From Trueperaceae bacterium (GTDB lineage: Bacteria > Deinococcota > Deinococci > Deinococcales > Trueperaceae): a stretch of 64,000 nt of DNA. Shown piece by piece: positions 27,121-37,062 of this stretch. The DNA is taken from contig CBDCDZ010000004.1 of NCBI GenBank assembly GCA_965215565.1, positions 3,904,001 through 3,968,000 of the forward strand, read 5' to 3'. The position numbers and the translations under genes are program-made. The notes beneath the pieces were generated by a model, which was given only the letters and a program-made list of their open reading frames with translations, did not search any database and had not been told where the DNA came from. Within the stretch, counting starts at the first letter, position 1; every line of letters starts with the position of its first letter.

Positions 27121-30100
27121 CTACAGGGTTTTCTCCAGATAGCCCAAGAGCTTGCTCTCGTCCACGGGTTTGCTCAGGTACTCGTTGGCACCGAGCGCAA
27201 AGGCTAAGTCCATGTGCTTAGCACCCGCGCGCGTCGTCATGACGCAGATGGGCGTCTTTTCGTTCTCGTCTCTGCGGCGCAGGGCTTCGATCAGCTCGTA
27301 GCCGTTCATACGCGGCATCTCCAAGTCGGTCAAAATCGCGTCAAAGCGTTCGCCGCGCATGACGATATCAAAGGCGTCCTGACCGTCAACTGCGGTGGTG
27401 ACGTTGTAACCCGCACGCTCCAACATCTTGCCGACGACGCGCCGCACGCTGACCGAGTCGTCCGCCAAGAGAACGCGCTGGACGCTTCTAGGCGTGAAGA
27501 CGGGCATTTGCGCGCGAACTTCGGCGGGCTGGGTAGCCTCTTTGGCTAAGCGGGTGAGTCCGGTGGGCTCGAGCAGCAAAATCACTTCGTTGGTGCTCGA
27601 GACCGTCGCCCCCGAGAGGTAGTAGAGCTTGGCGAGCGTGTCGCCCAAAGGCTTGATGACGACCTCGTCGATTTCGTCGAAGGCGTCTACAGTCAGGGCT
27701 AAACGTTCACCGGCAGCCTCGAGGATGACGAGCGAGACGCTCTGCGTTTGTGCACTCGGCAAGCCCAGTAGCTCGGCGAGGTTGTAAATCGGCACGGTGT
27801 GACCTTCGAACGCCACGCTGCCCTCTTTCGCCCCCTCTTGCGAAATCGTGCGAAGCTCGCGCACTGTGTTGAGCGAGAAGGCGTAGGCTTGAGCGCTCAC
27901 GCGAACCGTCAGAGCCTCCGACACGAGGAGCGTCAAGGGCAGCTTGAGCGAGAAGCGCGTGCCCTGCCCCGGCTTGGTGAAGACCTGAATCTCCCCTTTG
28001 AGCCGCTGAATGTTGGTAGCGACCGCGTCCATCCCGACGCCGCGCCCCGCCTCCGTCGTGACCGATTCGGCAGTCGAGAGACCGGGGATGAACATGAGTT
28101 GCAGCGCCTCTTGGTCGTTTAGGGCGTCTACCTCGTCCTGCGAGCGGAAACCCTTCTCGACGGCTTTGCGGCGCAACCTGTTCGCGTCGATGCCCGCGCC
28201 GTCGTCCTCCACGTCGATGACGATACTGTTTCCTTGCAAGTAGGCGCGTAAGGAGACCGTGCCCTCGGGCTCCTTGCCCTGGCGCTCACGCTCGCTGCGC
28301 GGCTCGACGCCGTGCGCAATGGCGTTTTTGACCAGGTGGAGCATCGGGTCGGTGATCTCTTCTAAAATCGCGTTGTCGATTTCGGCGCTCTCGCCGCTCG
28401 TCTTCATGCGGTAGGTTTTGTCGGCGCTGGACTGGACTAGACGGCTCAGGCGGTTAAAGAGCTGCCCGACGGGAACCATGCGAGCGCGGCTCACCTCGCT
28501 GCGAAGGGCGCGCGAAATCTTCTGCAAGTTTTCGGTCTCGTCCTCGAAGCCCTCGACGATGTTGCTGAGCTGACCCTGAATCTCGTCCAAGTCGTTCGAC
28601 ATCTCGGCAATCGAGCGTGCCAAGATGTTGAGGTCGTTGTAGGTGTCGAACTCCAACTCGTCGAACATCTCTTGAACGGGCGCGTTAGTTCGACTCTGGG
28701 GCATCTTAGGCGCTTGCGCCGCTTGTTTCTGCCCGCTCTGCTGACGCAGCTTCTCAGCGCTCTGCGCGGCTAGGCGCGGGTTTAAGTACTGCTCCTCGAA
28801 GTCGTTAATGGTGCGCGTCATGCGCCCCTGGCTGAGCGCCAAGAGTTGACGGATTTCGCCTAGCTGGTTAAGTTGCAGCCCTAAACGTGAACGCTGCGCG
28901 ACGGTCTCACCCGCTAAGTTCATCAGCGTGTCGAGTTTGTCCAAGCCGACGCGAATCGTGCGCACGCTCTTGGGCGCACTGCGAACTGGCGCGACCTCTT
29001 GAACGACTTGCTGCGTCGCCTGCGCCGCTTGCGGCGTCTCTGCTGTGGGCAGCGCAATACCCAAAAGCGAGGCGAGGCGCGTTTGCAGTTCGGGTAAGCG
29101 CGTTTCTAATTCCGTCTCGTCACCCTCGGCGGCGCTAAGCATCATCGCCATAACCCGCGCGCCGTCCAACAAGGCCTTGTGAATTTCCCTGTCGAAAGGA
29201 AGCTCGGTCTCGCGCACCTCCGCCATGAGGTCTTCCAAGAGGTGCCCCAAGTCGCCTAAGGGCTGCAAGTCAACCGTGTACGACGAGCCCTTGATGGTGT
29301 GCGCGGAGCGGAAGAGTTGCGCCATATGCTCGTCGCTCAGTTCGCCCGCGTCGGGGTCTACCTCGGCGAGCGTATCTTGCATCATATCCAAGTGCTCTTC
29401 GACTTCGGGCTTGAAGTACTCCCAAATCTCGTCGGCATTGGCAGCGTAGAAGGCGCGCAAGGTTGTCGTGAGCGTGGCGACGGGTTCGGCGAGCGCGACC
29501 TCTTCACCCTCAGCTTCGGGCTCAACCTCTTCAACGTCTTGCTGAGGCAGTTCTTCGCCTAAGCGTTCGGCGAGTTTGATGCGGACGCTAAGCAAAGACT
29601 CCTCGAGCCCCACCTCTTGCCCCTCGGCGGTCTGGATCATCTTCTCTAAAGTGTCCGTTCCATCCGAAAGCGCTTGCACAGTGGGCTCATCGAAGGGCTT
29701 GTCCGCTTCGCGCACGCCCATCATGAGGTCTTCGAGTTTGTGTGCCAAATCGCCAAAGGCGTTGAGGCCAACCATATACGCCGCACCCTTAAGGGTGTGC
29801 ATCGCGCGGAATAAAACGGTGATGCTCTCCTCGTCGATCTCTTTGCCGAGCGTGTCGCGCACCAACGCGACGTGCTCTTCGACTTCCAAGGGGAAGAACT
29901 CCCACACGTCCTCGTTTTGCACGCGGAAGCGGCGCAGTTCTTGGGTGAGCGTGACCTTCGCGACCTCTTGGGCTTGGACGCTTTGTTTCTGACCCGCTTT
30001 GCGGATGAAGAGCGCGGGGTGTGCCCGCACGAGTTCCATGAGCAGCTTGCTGCCGCCCAACTCGACCAGCTCGAGCCCCAAGTCGCCCTCTTCTTCGCCG

Positions 30101-30420
30101 CCCGAGATGCGCCCGAGTGCGCCTTGCAAACAGACTGTGACCTGTTCCAAAAAGGCGAGCAGGCGCTCCGAGTCGGCTTCGGCTAACTCGTGACCGTTCT
30201 CCAAAAGCTGCTCGACCATCTCCGCGAGTTTCGAAACCTGCGGGTAGCCGTAGAGTGCAGCGGTTCCCTTGAGGCGGTGGCTGACCACCGCCAAGGACTT
30301 GATCGTGCCCTCCTGCTCGCCCGCTTTAAGCTCCTGGGTGGCGCTCTCAAAGGTTGAAAGCGCGTCCCAGGCGTCGAGCAAGAAGCTCTCCTGCAAATCG
30401 TTAGGTGTATTCATGCTCAT
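27121..30420 (-). CDS. cheA: Hybrid CheA/ChpA-like kinase (3 HPt, dimerisation, HATPase, CheW, REC)
   Basis: HRLKG, HTLKG, HTIKG; LDTLMNLAGE; HLVKNAIAHG; DDGAG; GRGVGMD; C-terminal ADDS..TDLEMP..KP. Confidence 0.95.
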   Translation of the reverse strand: MSMNTPNDLQESFLLDAWDALSTFESATQELKAGEQEGTIKSLAVVSHRLKGTAALYGYPQVSKLAEMVEQLLENGHELAEADSERLLAFLEQVTVCLQGALGRISGGEEEGDLGLELVELGGSKLLMELVRAHPALFIRKAGQKQSVQAQEVAKVTLTQELRRFRVQNEDVWEFFPLEVEEHVALVRDTLGKEIDEESITVLFRAMHTLKGAAYMVGLNAFGDLAHKLEDLMMGVREADKPFDEPTVQALSDGTDTLEKMIQTAEGQEVGLEESLLSVRIKLAERLGEELPQQDVEEVEPEAEGEEVALAEPVATLTTTLRAFYAANADEIWEYFKPEVEEHLDMMQDTLAEVDPDAGELSDEHMAQLFRSAHTIKGSSYTVDLQPLGDLGHLLEDLMAEVRETELPFDREIHKALLDGARVMAMMLSAAEGDETELETRLPELQTRLASLLGIALPTAETPQAAQATQQVVQEVAPVRSAPKSVRTIRVGLDKLDTLMNLAGETVAQRSRLGLQLNQLGEIRQLLALSQGRMTRTINDFEEQYLNPRLAAQSAEKLRQQSGQKQAAQAPKMPQSRTNAPVQEMFDELEFDTYNDLNILARSIAEMSNDLDEIQGQLSNIVEGFEDETENLQKISRALRSEVSRARMVPVGQLFNRLSRLVQSSADKTYRMKTSGESAEIDNAILEEITDPMLHLVKNAIAHGVEPRSERERQGKEPEGTVSLRAYLQGNSIVIDVEDDGAGIDANRLRRKAVEKGFRSQDEVDALNDQEALQLMFIPGLSTAESVTTEAGRGVGMDAVATNIQRLKGEIQVFTKPGQGTRFSLKLPLTLLVSEALTVRVSAQAYAFSLNTVRELRTISQEGAKEGSVAFEGHTVPIYNLAELLGLPSAQTQSVSLVILEAAGERLALTVDAFDEIDEVVIKPLGDTLAKLYYLSGATVSSTNEVILLLEPTGLTRLAKEATQPAEVRAQMPVFTPRSVQRVLLADDSVSVRRVVGKMLERAGYNVTTAVDGQDAFDIVMRGERFDAILTDLEMPRMNGYELIEALRRRDENEKTPICVMTTRAGAKHMDLAFALGANEYLSKPVDESKLLGYLEKTL

Positions 30421-30430
30421 GATATTCCCA

Positions 30431-32779
30431 TCACGAGGTCAAGCGGAAGCGCGAGAGACCCTCGGTGAGTTGCGCGGACAGTTGCTGCAACTTCTCAGCG
30501 GTGTCACGCCCTTGCGTTACGCTACCCTGTGAGGCTTGCGAAATCTCGGTCATGGTCTGAACGATCTCGTTCACGCCCTCCACGCCCTGCACCTGCTCTT
30601 GGGTTGCTTGCGAGATGAAGCGGGCAAGTTCGGCGGACTTCGTGGAGATGTCCGCGATTTCGCGGAGGCGCTGTCCGGCTTCGGTAGCGACTTGATAGCC
30701 CTGTTCCACCTCTTTCGAGCCGCTCTCGGTCAGTTCAGAAACCTCGCGGATTTCGCTCTGAAGTTCGCGGACGATGCCAGCAACCTGACGCGCCGCGTTC
30801 GCGGAGTCCTCCGCCAGCGTCTGCACTTCAGTCGCCACGGTTGCGAAGCGCTTGCCCGCTTCGCCCGCACCCGCCGCCTCCAGCGACGCGGAGAGCGCCA
30901 AGAGGTTCGTCTGCGAGGCGATACGCGAAACCCTGCGGACGATACCGGAAATCTCCTCCGAACGCCTCGTCAAGCTCCGGGTGCGTTCTGAAATCGACTG
31001 CACCTCAGTGCGGATACCCTGCATCCCCTTCAAGGTGTTCTGCACGGCGGCTTCACCCTGACGTGACGCCTCGAGCGCCCGCGTCGAAGCGTTCGCCGAT
31101 TCGTCCGCCTGCTGCGCCATCTTGCGAATCGACGCGGTGACCTGCTCGGTCTCGGCGCGTGCCCGCTCCGCTTCGGCGGCTTGCCGCTCGGCGCTCTGCG
31201 CGATACTTTCAGTTGTCGCGATCATCTCGGACGCGCCCTGGTTCACCGACTGCGCCGCGTCTCTCGTCTGAGTGAGGAGGTACGCGACCTCTTCAACCAT
31301 GAGGTTAATGGCGTCCACGATGTTGCCCAACACGTCTTCGGTGACGTTACCGCGCTTCGTGAAGTCGCCCTCGGCGATGTCCATCGCAATGTCCAAGAAA
31401 GCGCTAACGTTGGTTTGGAGTTGTTCGCTTTGCTGACGCTCGAGTTCGTTTCTCTCTTCCACCTGACGCAGACCAGTAATCGCGGTGTTAAAGGAACCTG
31501 CCAAGAGTCCTAGCTCGTCTTGCACGCTGACGTTGGCAAGCTGTGAAAGGTCGCCCCGTCCGACGCGGTTTGCAACGTTAGCGAGTTCTCTAATAGGTTG
31601 CGTGACTTGCCGCGAGATATAGAGGACGAGCAGTGCGATAAGTGCGAGACCCAAAGCTAGACCGCCGAGCGTAAGAAAGAGGCTGCGCCGCGCCTCGGCG
31701 ACGCGATCATCTAAGCGCTCCACCAGCACGTCGAGTGAGGCGTTATAGGACACGATAAAAGCGTCGATAATCTCGGTCATTTGGTTGAAATACTGAGTTG
31801 AGTCGTAGGTAAGCGCGTCAGGGTTTTCGGCGTTTAGAAGCGCTTCATCGGTGAGTGAAAGCGCGGTTGGACCGAGCAGCAGCGCGTCGTTTAGCGCAAG
31901 CGAACCACTCAGTTCCGGGTCAGCCTCGAAGATATAGCCTGAGGCTAAGTTCACGCTTCTGAGGTAATCGTTGACCTCACCGACCATCGCTGTAAGCGTA
32001 GTGGCGTTTTGCTGCGTCATCTGGCCGCTCACCAAGACCCCCGCGCCGTAACCGCGCATCCGTCCCAATGTTTCGGTGAGGTTGGGCAGGTCGCGCGTGA
32101 CCAACTCGGAGAGGTAGACGATCTCTTGCCTGTTATCAAACTTGAGCGTCGAGGTGTTGCCCGCTGCGGCGAGCGTCAAGAAGAGTTCGTTTTGGAGCCA
32201 AGCGGTGTGCATGTTAAAGACTTCGCCCGAGGGAAGCGTGAAGAGGTTTTCCTCAATGTTGCGCCAGCCCGCTTCTAAGGCGGTTAGTTGGCTCGAGAGT
32301 TGCAGATTGCCGTCCACTTGCGCCTCAAATGCTAAAACTTCTGCTAAGTTTGTGTTTACACGGTTCTGCAAGTCTTGGCGACGTTCCGCCACTGACTCGT
32401 TACCGTTGCGTAAGGTGTTGGTAATCCCCCGGTGCTGCGGTACGAGCTGCACTAGGTCGCCTGCTTCGCGCAAGAACTGTGCGCCTTGGTCTTTTTGCAG
32501 CGCGGTGCTCACGTTTTCCTGAAGCGACGCAGCGTAGAAGAATACAAAGATGATAAGGGGTAAGGCGAGCGACGCCGCAATGAGCGCCAGCTTCTGCCAG
32601 ATTTTCAGGTTGGCGAGCAGACCGCCTGCCGCGCCGCTGTCCGTATTCTTAGCAACCTTCGTAGGCGCAGCCCGCTTCTTCTTGCCCTTCTTAACCTTGC
32701 GCGTCTGCCGCGCCTTCGTCCCCTCGCTCACCCCCTGTTGGGTGGGCTCGAGCTTTTCAATGTCAGGTGTATTGTCCAT
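30431..32779 (-). CDS. Methyl-accepting chemotaxis protein with a possible NIT-like helical sensor
   Basis: 2 TMs; HAMP; IASQTNLLALSASLEAAGAGEAG.RFA; periplasmic LVPQHRG and ETLGRMRGYG. Confidence 0.9.
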   Translation of the reverse strand: MDNTPDIEKLEPTQQGVSEGTKARQTRKVKKGKKKRAAPTKVAKNTDSGAAGGLLANLKIWQKLALIAASLALPLIIFVFFYAASLQENVSTALQKDQGAQFLREAGDLVQLVPQHRGITNTLRNGNESVAERRQDLQNRVNTNLAEVLAFEAQVDGNLQLSSQLTALEAGWRNIEENLFTLPSGEVFNMHTAWLQNELFLTLAAAGNTSTLKFDNRQEIVYLSELVTRDLPNLTETLGRMRGYGAGVLVSGQMTQQNATTLTAMVGEVNDYLRSVNLASGYIFEADPELSGSLALNDALLLGPTALSLTDEALLNAENPDALTYDSTQYFNQMTEIIDAFIVSYNASLDVLVERLDDRVAEARRSLFLTLGGLALGLALIALLVLYISRQVTQPIRELANVANRVGRGDLSQLANVSVQDELGLLAGSFNTAITGLRQVEERNELERQQSEQLQTNVSAFLDIAMDIAEGDFTKRGNVTEDVLGNIVDAINLMVEEVAYLLTQTRDAAQSVNQGASEMIATTESIAQSAERQAAEAERARAETEQVTASIRKMAQQADESANASTRALEASRQGEAAVQNTLKGMQGIRTEVQSISERTRSLTRRSEEISGIVRRVSRIASQTNLLALSASLEAAGAGEAGKRFATVATEVQTLAEDSANAARQVAGIVRELQSEIREVSELTESGSKEVEQGYQVATEAGQRLREIADISTKSAELARFISQATQEQVQGVEGVNEIVQTMTEISQASQGSVTQGRDTAEKLQQLSAQLTEGLSRFRLTS

Positions 32780-32887
32780 GTAGATGGTGTCTCCTGTAGA
32801 TGTTCAGCCGCGCCCCCCAAAGAAGCGCGGCTGAGAGAAAGGGTTAGTTGCGGTGAGGATGTTCTCCCCTAAGGTTGCTCCTATGGC

Positions 32888-32911
32888 AACAAGGGGTTGC
32901 AACCCCTTGTT
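32888..32911. repeat. REP-like 24-bp perfect palindrome
   Basis: AACAAGGGGTTGCAACCCCTTGTT; variants at 3375-3394, 23131-23156 and 38095-38114. Confidence 0.7.
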
Positions 32912-35304
32912 TAATTCAAGCGAAAGCGCTCCAAGTTCAAGGTGAGGTTGGCGGCTAACTGCTGCAACTTCTCCGCCGTCTGGCGGCCCTCTTGACCCGT
33001 CTCACGTGCGCGGACCGAAATCTGCGCCATCGACTGGACTTTATCCCCTACTTGCTCGACCCCTGCCACCTGAGCGTTCGTTGCTTGCGAAATGGACTGG
33101 GCGAGTTGCGCGGATTGGGTCACGATCTCCGCAATTTCGCGGAGGCGTTCCCCGGCTTGCGTGGCGACGCGGTAGCCGGTCTCCACCTCGCGCGTCCCGT
33201 CCTCCACCGAGCCAATGACCTCTTGAACCTCAGCCTGAACGTTCTTAATGAGACCGGCGATGCGCTGGGTGGCGCGCTCGGAATCCTCCGCCAGTTTGCG
33301 CACCTCACCTGCAACGATGGCGAAACGGCTGCCGGCTTCACCCGCACCCGACGCCTCGATCGCGGCGTTGAGCGCCAAGAGGTTCGTCTGTGACGAAATA
33401 TCGGAAATCGTATCCACAATCTCGGAAATCTCCAAGGAGCGGTCGCCTAAGCTCTTGATACGCTTAGAGATCGACTGCACCTCGCGGCGGATGCCCTGCA
33501 TACCCTCGAGCGTGTCCGTCACCGCAGCTTCACCTTGACGCGACGCCTCGAGCGCACGCTGAGACGCCGTAGCGGACTGCGACGCGCTCTGTGACATCTG
33601 GCGAATCGAAGTCGTGACCTCTTGCACGTTGCGCTCTGCAAGCTGCGCTTGGCTCGCCGCTTCGTCTGACGAGGCGCTAATCGCGTCAGTGATGTTAAGC
33701 ATCTCCTGTGACCCTTGGTTGACCGAGAGGGTCGCCTCTTGAACGTCACGCAGCAGGTACGCGACCTCTTCCACCATCAAGTTAATCGCGTCGACAACGT
33801 TCCCGAGAACGTCTTCTGAAACCGAGCCGCGCTTGGTGAAGTCGCCGTCGGCGATGTCCATCGCGACGTCTAAGAAGTTACCGATGTTGCTCTGGAGCAT
33901 TTCACGCTGGCGGCGCTCTTCGTCGCGGTCTTCCTCGGTCTGCACCATGCCGCGCAGACGGACCGTCGTCTGGTTGAGCGAGTTCGCCAAGAGCCCCAGC
34001 TCGTCGTTGGACTTGATGTCGAGAAGCTGCGACAAGTCACCGCGTCCGATGCGGCGCGCGGCGAAGGTGAGCTTGTAGAGCGGCGCGGTGATACTGCGCG
34101 CGAAAAGAACCGCCAAGATGCTGGCGACGATAGCGGCGATACCGCCGACGATGATGGCCTGAAGGGTGACTTGAGAAACGGCGGCGAGCGCTTCGGCGGC
34201 TTCCTGGCGGATAACGACGAAGAAGCCTAAGTCTTTGACAGCAGCCAAGGTGCGCTGCTCGAGCGTGCCTGCGCCCTCCGCTAACACCTCTTCACCGACA
34301 AGCAGGCTCGCGTAGCTGTAGAGCACCTCTTGACCGTTCGCGCCGATGAAGCGGCCCGTTCCCTCTAACTCTTCGCCAAACGAACTCGCTAACGCTGCGT
34401 TAGCGAGTTCGTTTGTCACGCCTTCCTGAGCGCGGGGATTGTAGACGAGGCTGCCGTCCGCGTTGGCGAGCACAGCGTAACCCGTTTCGCCGAAGGTCAC
34501 GGCGTTGACAAACTTGAAGAGCGCCGCGCCGTCCACCGTAGTGCGGAGCACACCCACGGGCGCTTGCCCGGTGCTGTCGTAAACAGGTACAGCGATGTCG
34601 AAAGAGGTTATGTTTGCGCTCTCGTCGAACCCGGGTGGTGAGATGTAGACTGCGCCTTCGCCGCTGTTCCAGGCTGCTTGCCACCAGGTCTCGTCGGCTT
34701 GGTTATAGTCTGAAAGCGTGTTGGTCGTTGCGACGGTTGCGCCGTAGCGGTCGGTCACGAAAACCTCAACATGCTCTTCAAAGCCGCTCGAGAACCTGGT
34801 GAGCTTAGCGGCGGCGGGATTCGCGGCCGCGTTGGTGAGCCCGGTAAATTCGGCTGCCGTTGCGCCGCTCTCGCGGTAGAGAACGTCCAATGCTTCGACA
34901 GCGCCGATGGTCTCCGCTTCGCTGCCCGTGTAGCTGGCGTTACGCTCATCTATAGCGGCGCGCAGCGTGTCTGAAAACGCGAGCACCTGAACGCGGCTCG
35001 CCTCTTCAACGAAGAAGAGGTCGATAAGTTCGGTAAGTTCCTCGGATGTCACCGTCTGTTCTTCGATAACCGTTTCGGTAATCGCGGCGCGCGTATTCAC
35101 CGTTACGACGATGATCGTCGTGATGAGCGCCACACCTAAAAGACCGATGATAATCGCGGGCAGCTTGACCGAAAGCGACAGGATGCTCATCTGGTTTTCG
35201 CGCGTCTGTTTGCGCTTCTTGCCGCCCTTCTTGACCTTTCTGGTCTTAGGCGACGCCCCTGCGTTTTGCGGGGGGATGACTTGGGGTTCGGATTGATCCA
35301 TCAA
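32911..35304 (-). CDS. Methyl-accepting chemotaxis protein with dCache-type sensor
   Basis: YNQADETWWQ..GAVYIS..FDES...IAVPV; HAMP; ISSQTNLLALNAAIEASGAGEAG.RFA. Confidence 0.92.
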   Translation of the reverse strand: MMDQSEPQVIPPQNAGASPKTRKVKKGGKKRKQTRENQMSILSLSVKLPAIIIGLLGVALITTIIVVTVNTRAAITETVIEEQTVTSEELTELIDLFFVEEASRVQVLAFSDTLRAAIDERNASYTGSEAETIGAVEALDVLYRESGATAAEFTGLTNAAANPAAAKLTRFSSGFEEHVEVFVTDRYGATVATTNTLSDYNQADETWWQAAWNSGEGAVYISPPGFDESANITSFDIAVPVYDSTGQAPVGVLRTTVDGAALFKFVNAVTFGETGYAVLANADGSLVYNPRAQEGVTNELANAALASSFGEELEGTGRFIGANGQEVLYSYASLLVGEEVLAEGAGTLEQRTLAAVKDLGFFVVIRQEAAEALAAVSQVTLQAIIVGGIAAIVASILAVLFARSITAPLYKLTFAARRIGRGDLSQLLDIKSNDELGLLANSLNQTTVRLRGMVQTEEDRDEERRQREMLQSNIGNFLDVAMDIADGDFTKRGSVSEDVLGNVVDAINLMVEEVAYLLRDVQEATLSVNQGSQEMLNITDAISASSDEAASQAQLAERNVQEVTTSIRQMSQSASQSATASQRALEASRQGEAAVTDTLEGMQGIRREVQSISKRIKSLGDRSLEISEIVDTISDISSQTNLLALNAAIEASGAGEAGSRFAIVAGEVRKLAEDSERATQRIAGLIKNVQAEVQEVIGSVEDGTREVETGYRVATQAGERLREIAEIVTQSAQLAQSISQATNAQVAGVEQVGDKVQSMAQISVRARETGQEGRQTAEKLQQLAANLTLNLERFRLN

Positions 35305-35311
35305 GGGCTCC

Positions 35312-35761
35312 TTAGATGACCTCGAGCTGCTGCTCGAGCGCCTTAAATAGGGTAGGGATATTGAGAACGGTGACGCTTTCGCCCGACTGCTTGACCTCGC
35401 CTAAACCGTAGTGCTGCATCTCGGCGGAGGCGTCTTTGAGGGGCATTAGAGCGGAGCGGTCGAGCGCCGAAAAGCCTACGACCTCGTCGATTTTGAGCGC
35501 GACAAAGCGGTCTTCATAGGTGATGAGCGCGGCTAAGTCGGCGGTGGTTGAGCTGTCTGTCAGCTCTAAAAGTGGCGCGAGGTCGATGAGCGGCAAGACG
35601 CTGCCGCGCACCGCGAAAACCCCTAAGAGGCTCTCGGACGTGCGCGGCACGGGTGTGAGGTTAGGAACCGTCACGACCTGCTGCATGTAAGCGCCCTCGG
35701 CGGCAAAAAGTTGACCGCTCAGGCGAAAAAAGCAGGCAGAACTGACCGTGGCGACTGGCAC
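35312..35761 (-). CDS. cheW: CheW adaptor
   Basis: LTPVP....LLGVFAVRGSVLPLIDL; ALKIDEVVG. Confidence 0.9.
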   Translation of the reverse strand: MPVATVSSACFFRLSGQLFAAEGAYMQQVVTVPNLTPVPRTSESLLGVFAVRGSVLPLIDLAPLLELTDSSTTADLAALITYEDRFVALKIDEVVGFSALDRSALMPLKDASAEMQHYGLGEVKQSGESVTVLNIPTLFKALEQQLEVI

Positions 35762-36121
35762 TTAGACGTGGCTTTGAACAGCCGCAAGGATGGAGTCGGG
35801 CGTGAAGGGCTTGGTCACGTAGTCGGCTGCGCCCTGGCGCTTGCCCCAGCGGATGTCGGTATCTTCGCTCTTGGAAGAGACCAAAATGACGGGGATGTCT
35901 TTGGTGGCGGCGTTGCGGCGCAGACCGCGCAAGACTTCGTAGCCGTTGCGAGCGGGCATGACGACGTCCAACATAATGAGGTCGGGCTTGTCGGCGGCGA
36001 CTTTGTCCTCGACGGCTGTCGCGTCGGTGTAGCTGCTCACGCTGTGGTTCGCGCCCTTCAAGATGCCCGCGAGCATGTCGATAGTCGCTTGTGAATCGTC
36101 GATTAGGATGATCTTTGCCAT
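35762..36121 (-). CDS. cheY: Single-domain response regulator (CheY/PilH-like)
   Basis: IDDS; LDVVMP..NGYE; D..WG.RQGA.DY.TKPF (PilH-like). Confidence 0.85.
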   Translation of the reverse strand: MAKIILIDDSQATIDMLAGILKGANHSVSSYTDATAVEDKVAADKPDLIMLDVVMPARNGYEVLRGLRRNAATKDIPVILVSSKSEDTDIRWGKRQGAADYVTKPFTPDSILAAVQSHV

Positions 36122-36589
36122 GTGTGTTTCCTCCTCAGGAACGTGAACCCTTGGGTCCTAAAGTGAGAGATGAAGTGTGAACTAAGATCGAGAGTTTTGC
36201 GGATACGTTTCTCAGTGGGTTTTAGGTCAACCTCAGTCGTCACACTCCTCCTCGTGTAGTCGCCGCCCGCTTGGATGGTATAGATAAATACGGGTCAAAA
36301 AGACGCAGCGCGGCTTTACGCCCTCAATTATGAGCGGCCGCCGCGCTGCTAAGCTGGTAAGTTTTCAACGTGTGCAGGGGGAGATTTTTCACTTAGAGAC
36401 GGGACGTGCGGCGCGCCCATAAAGCGCGACTCTAAAGCGTCGGCGGAAGTTTTTAGCGAGAGGCGCGACTACAGCGCATATCACCGTTAAACCGGGAGAG
36501 ATAGAAAGCGGCTCGCGCTTTCGCGAACTTTCTAAATGTAAAAAATCAACTGTGTAGGGCTCACAGCAGGAGACAGCTTGCGGCGAGGC

Positions 36590-36621
36590 AAAAAAGAAGA
36601 GGCGACTTTGAGGTCGCCTCT
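36590..36621 (-). terminator. Intrinsic terminator of the FmdB gene
   Basis: Stem AGAGGCGAC/GTCGCCTCT followed by a T-run on the minus strand. Confidence 0.75.
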
Positions 36622-36668
36622 GCGTTACTCAGATCAGCTATAAGCAAGAGGTAGTTTTGGCGCGCTCG

Positions 36669-37010
36669 TCAGTCTTTTGACGCGCCCGCTTTCGTCGTCT
36701 CTTTGGGCTCGCTCTTGTGCTTCACTTCGCCCTTGCTCTCCTTCTCGGGCTTGCCCTCAGTTTTGCTCTCGGGCTTACCTTCAGACTTACCTATGTCGTC
36801 TTTCTTCTCGCTAGTAGTCTCCTTGGGCGTGCTTGACCTCGAGTCGGTCACATAGAACCCGGAGCCCTTAAAGGCGATGCCTACAGGCTGAATCAGCCGT
36901 TTGACGGGCTCGCCCGTTTCGGGGTGCTCGGTGAGCGCCGACTCGGTGATGCGCTGCTGAAGCTCGAAGGTCTCGCCGGTAATGAGGTTTTTATAAACGT
37001 AGACAGGCAT
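36669..37010 (-). CDS. FmdB family protein (Cys-less zinc-ribbon variant)
   Basis: MPVYVYK...GETFE..Q; I.FKGSGFY.TD; Lys/Glu/Ser-rich tail. Confidence 0.85.
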   Translation of the reverse strand: MPVYVYKNLITGETFELQQRITESALTEHPETGEPVKRLIQPVGIAFKGSGFYVTDSRSSTPKETTSEKKDDIGKSEGKPESKTEGKPEKESKGEVKHKSEPKETTKAGASKD

Positions 37011-37062
37011 TCATCCTCCACAAAAACTGCTGCAACTATATCATCCTTGCTAAGCTGGAACG

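Noticed and set aside
36122..36589. c-di-GMP riboswitch upstream of the chemosensory operon
   Set aside because: No GEMM-type motif recognisable by eye
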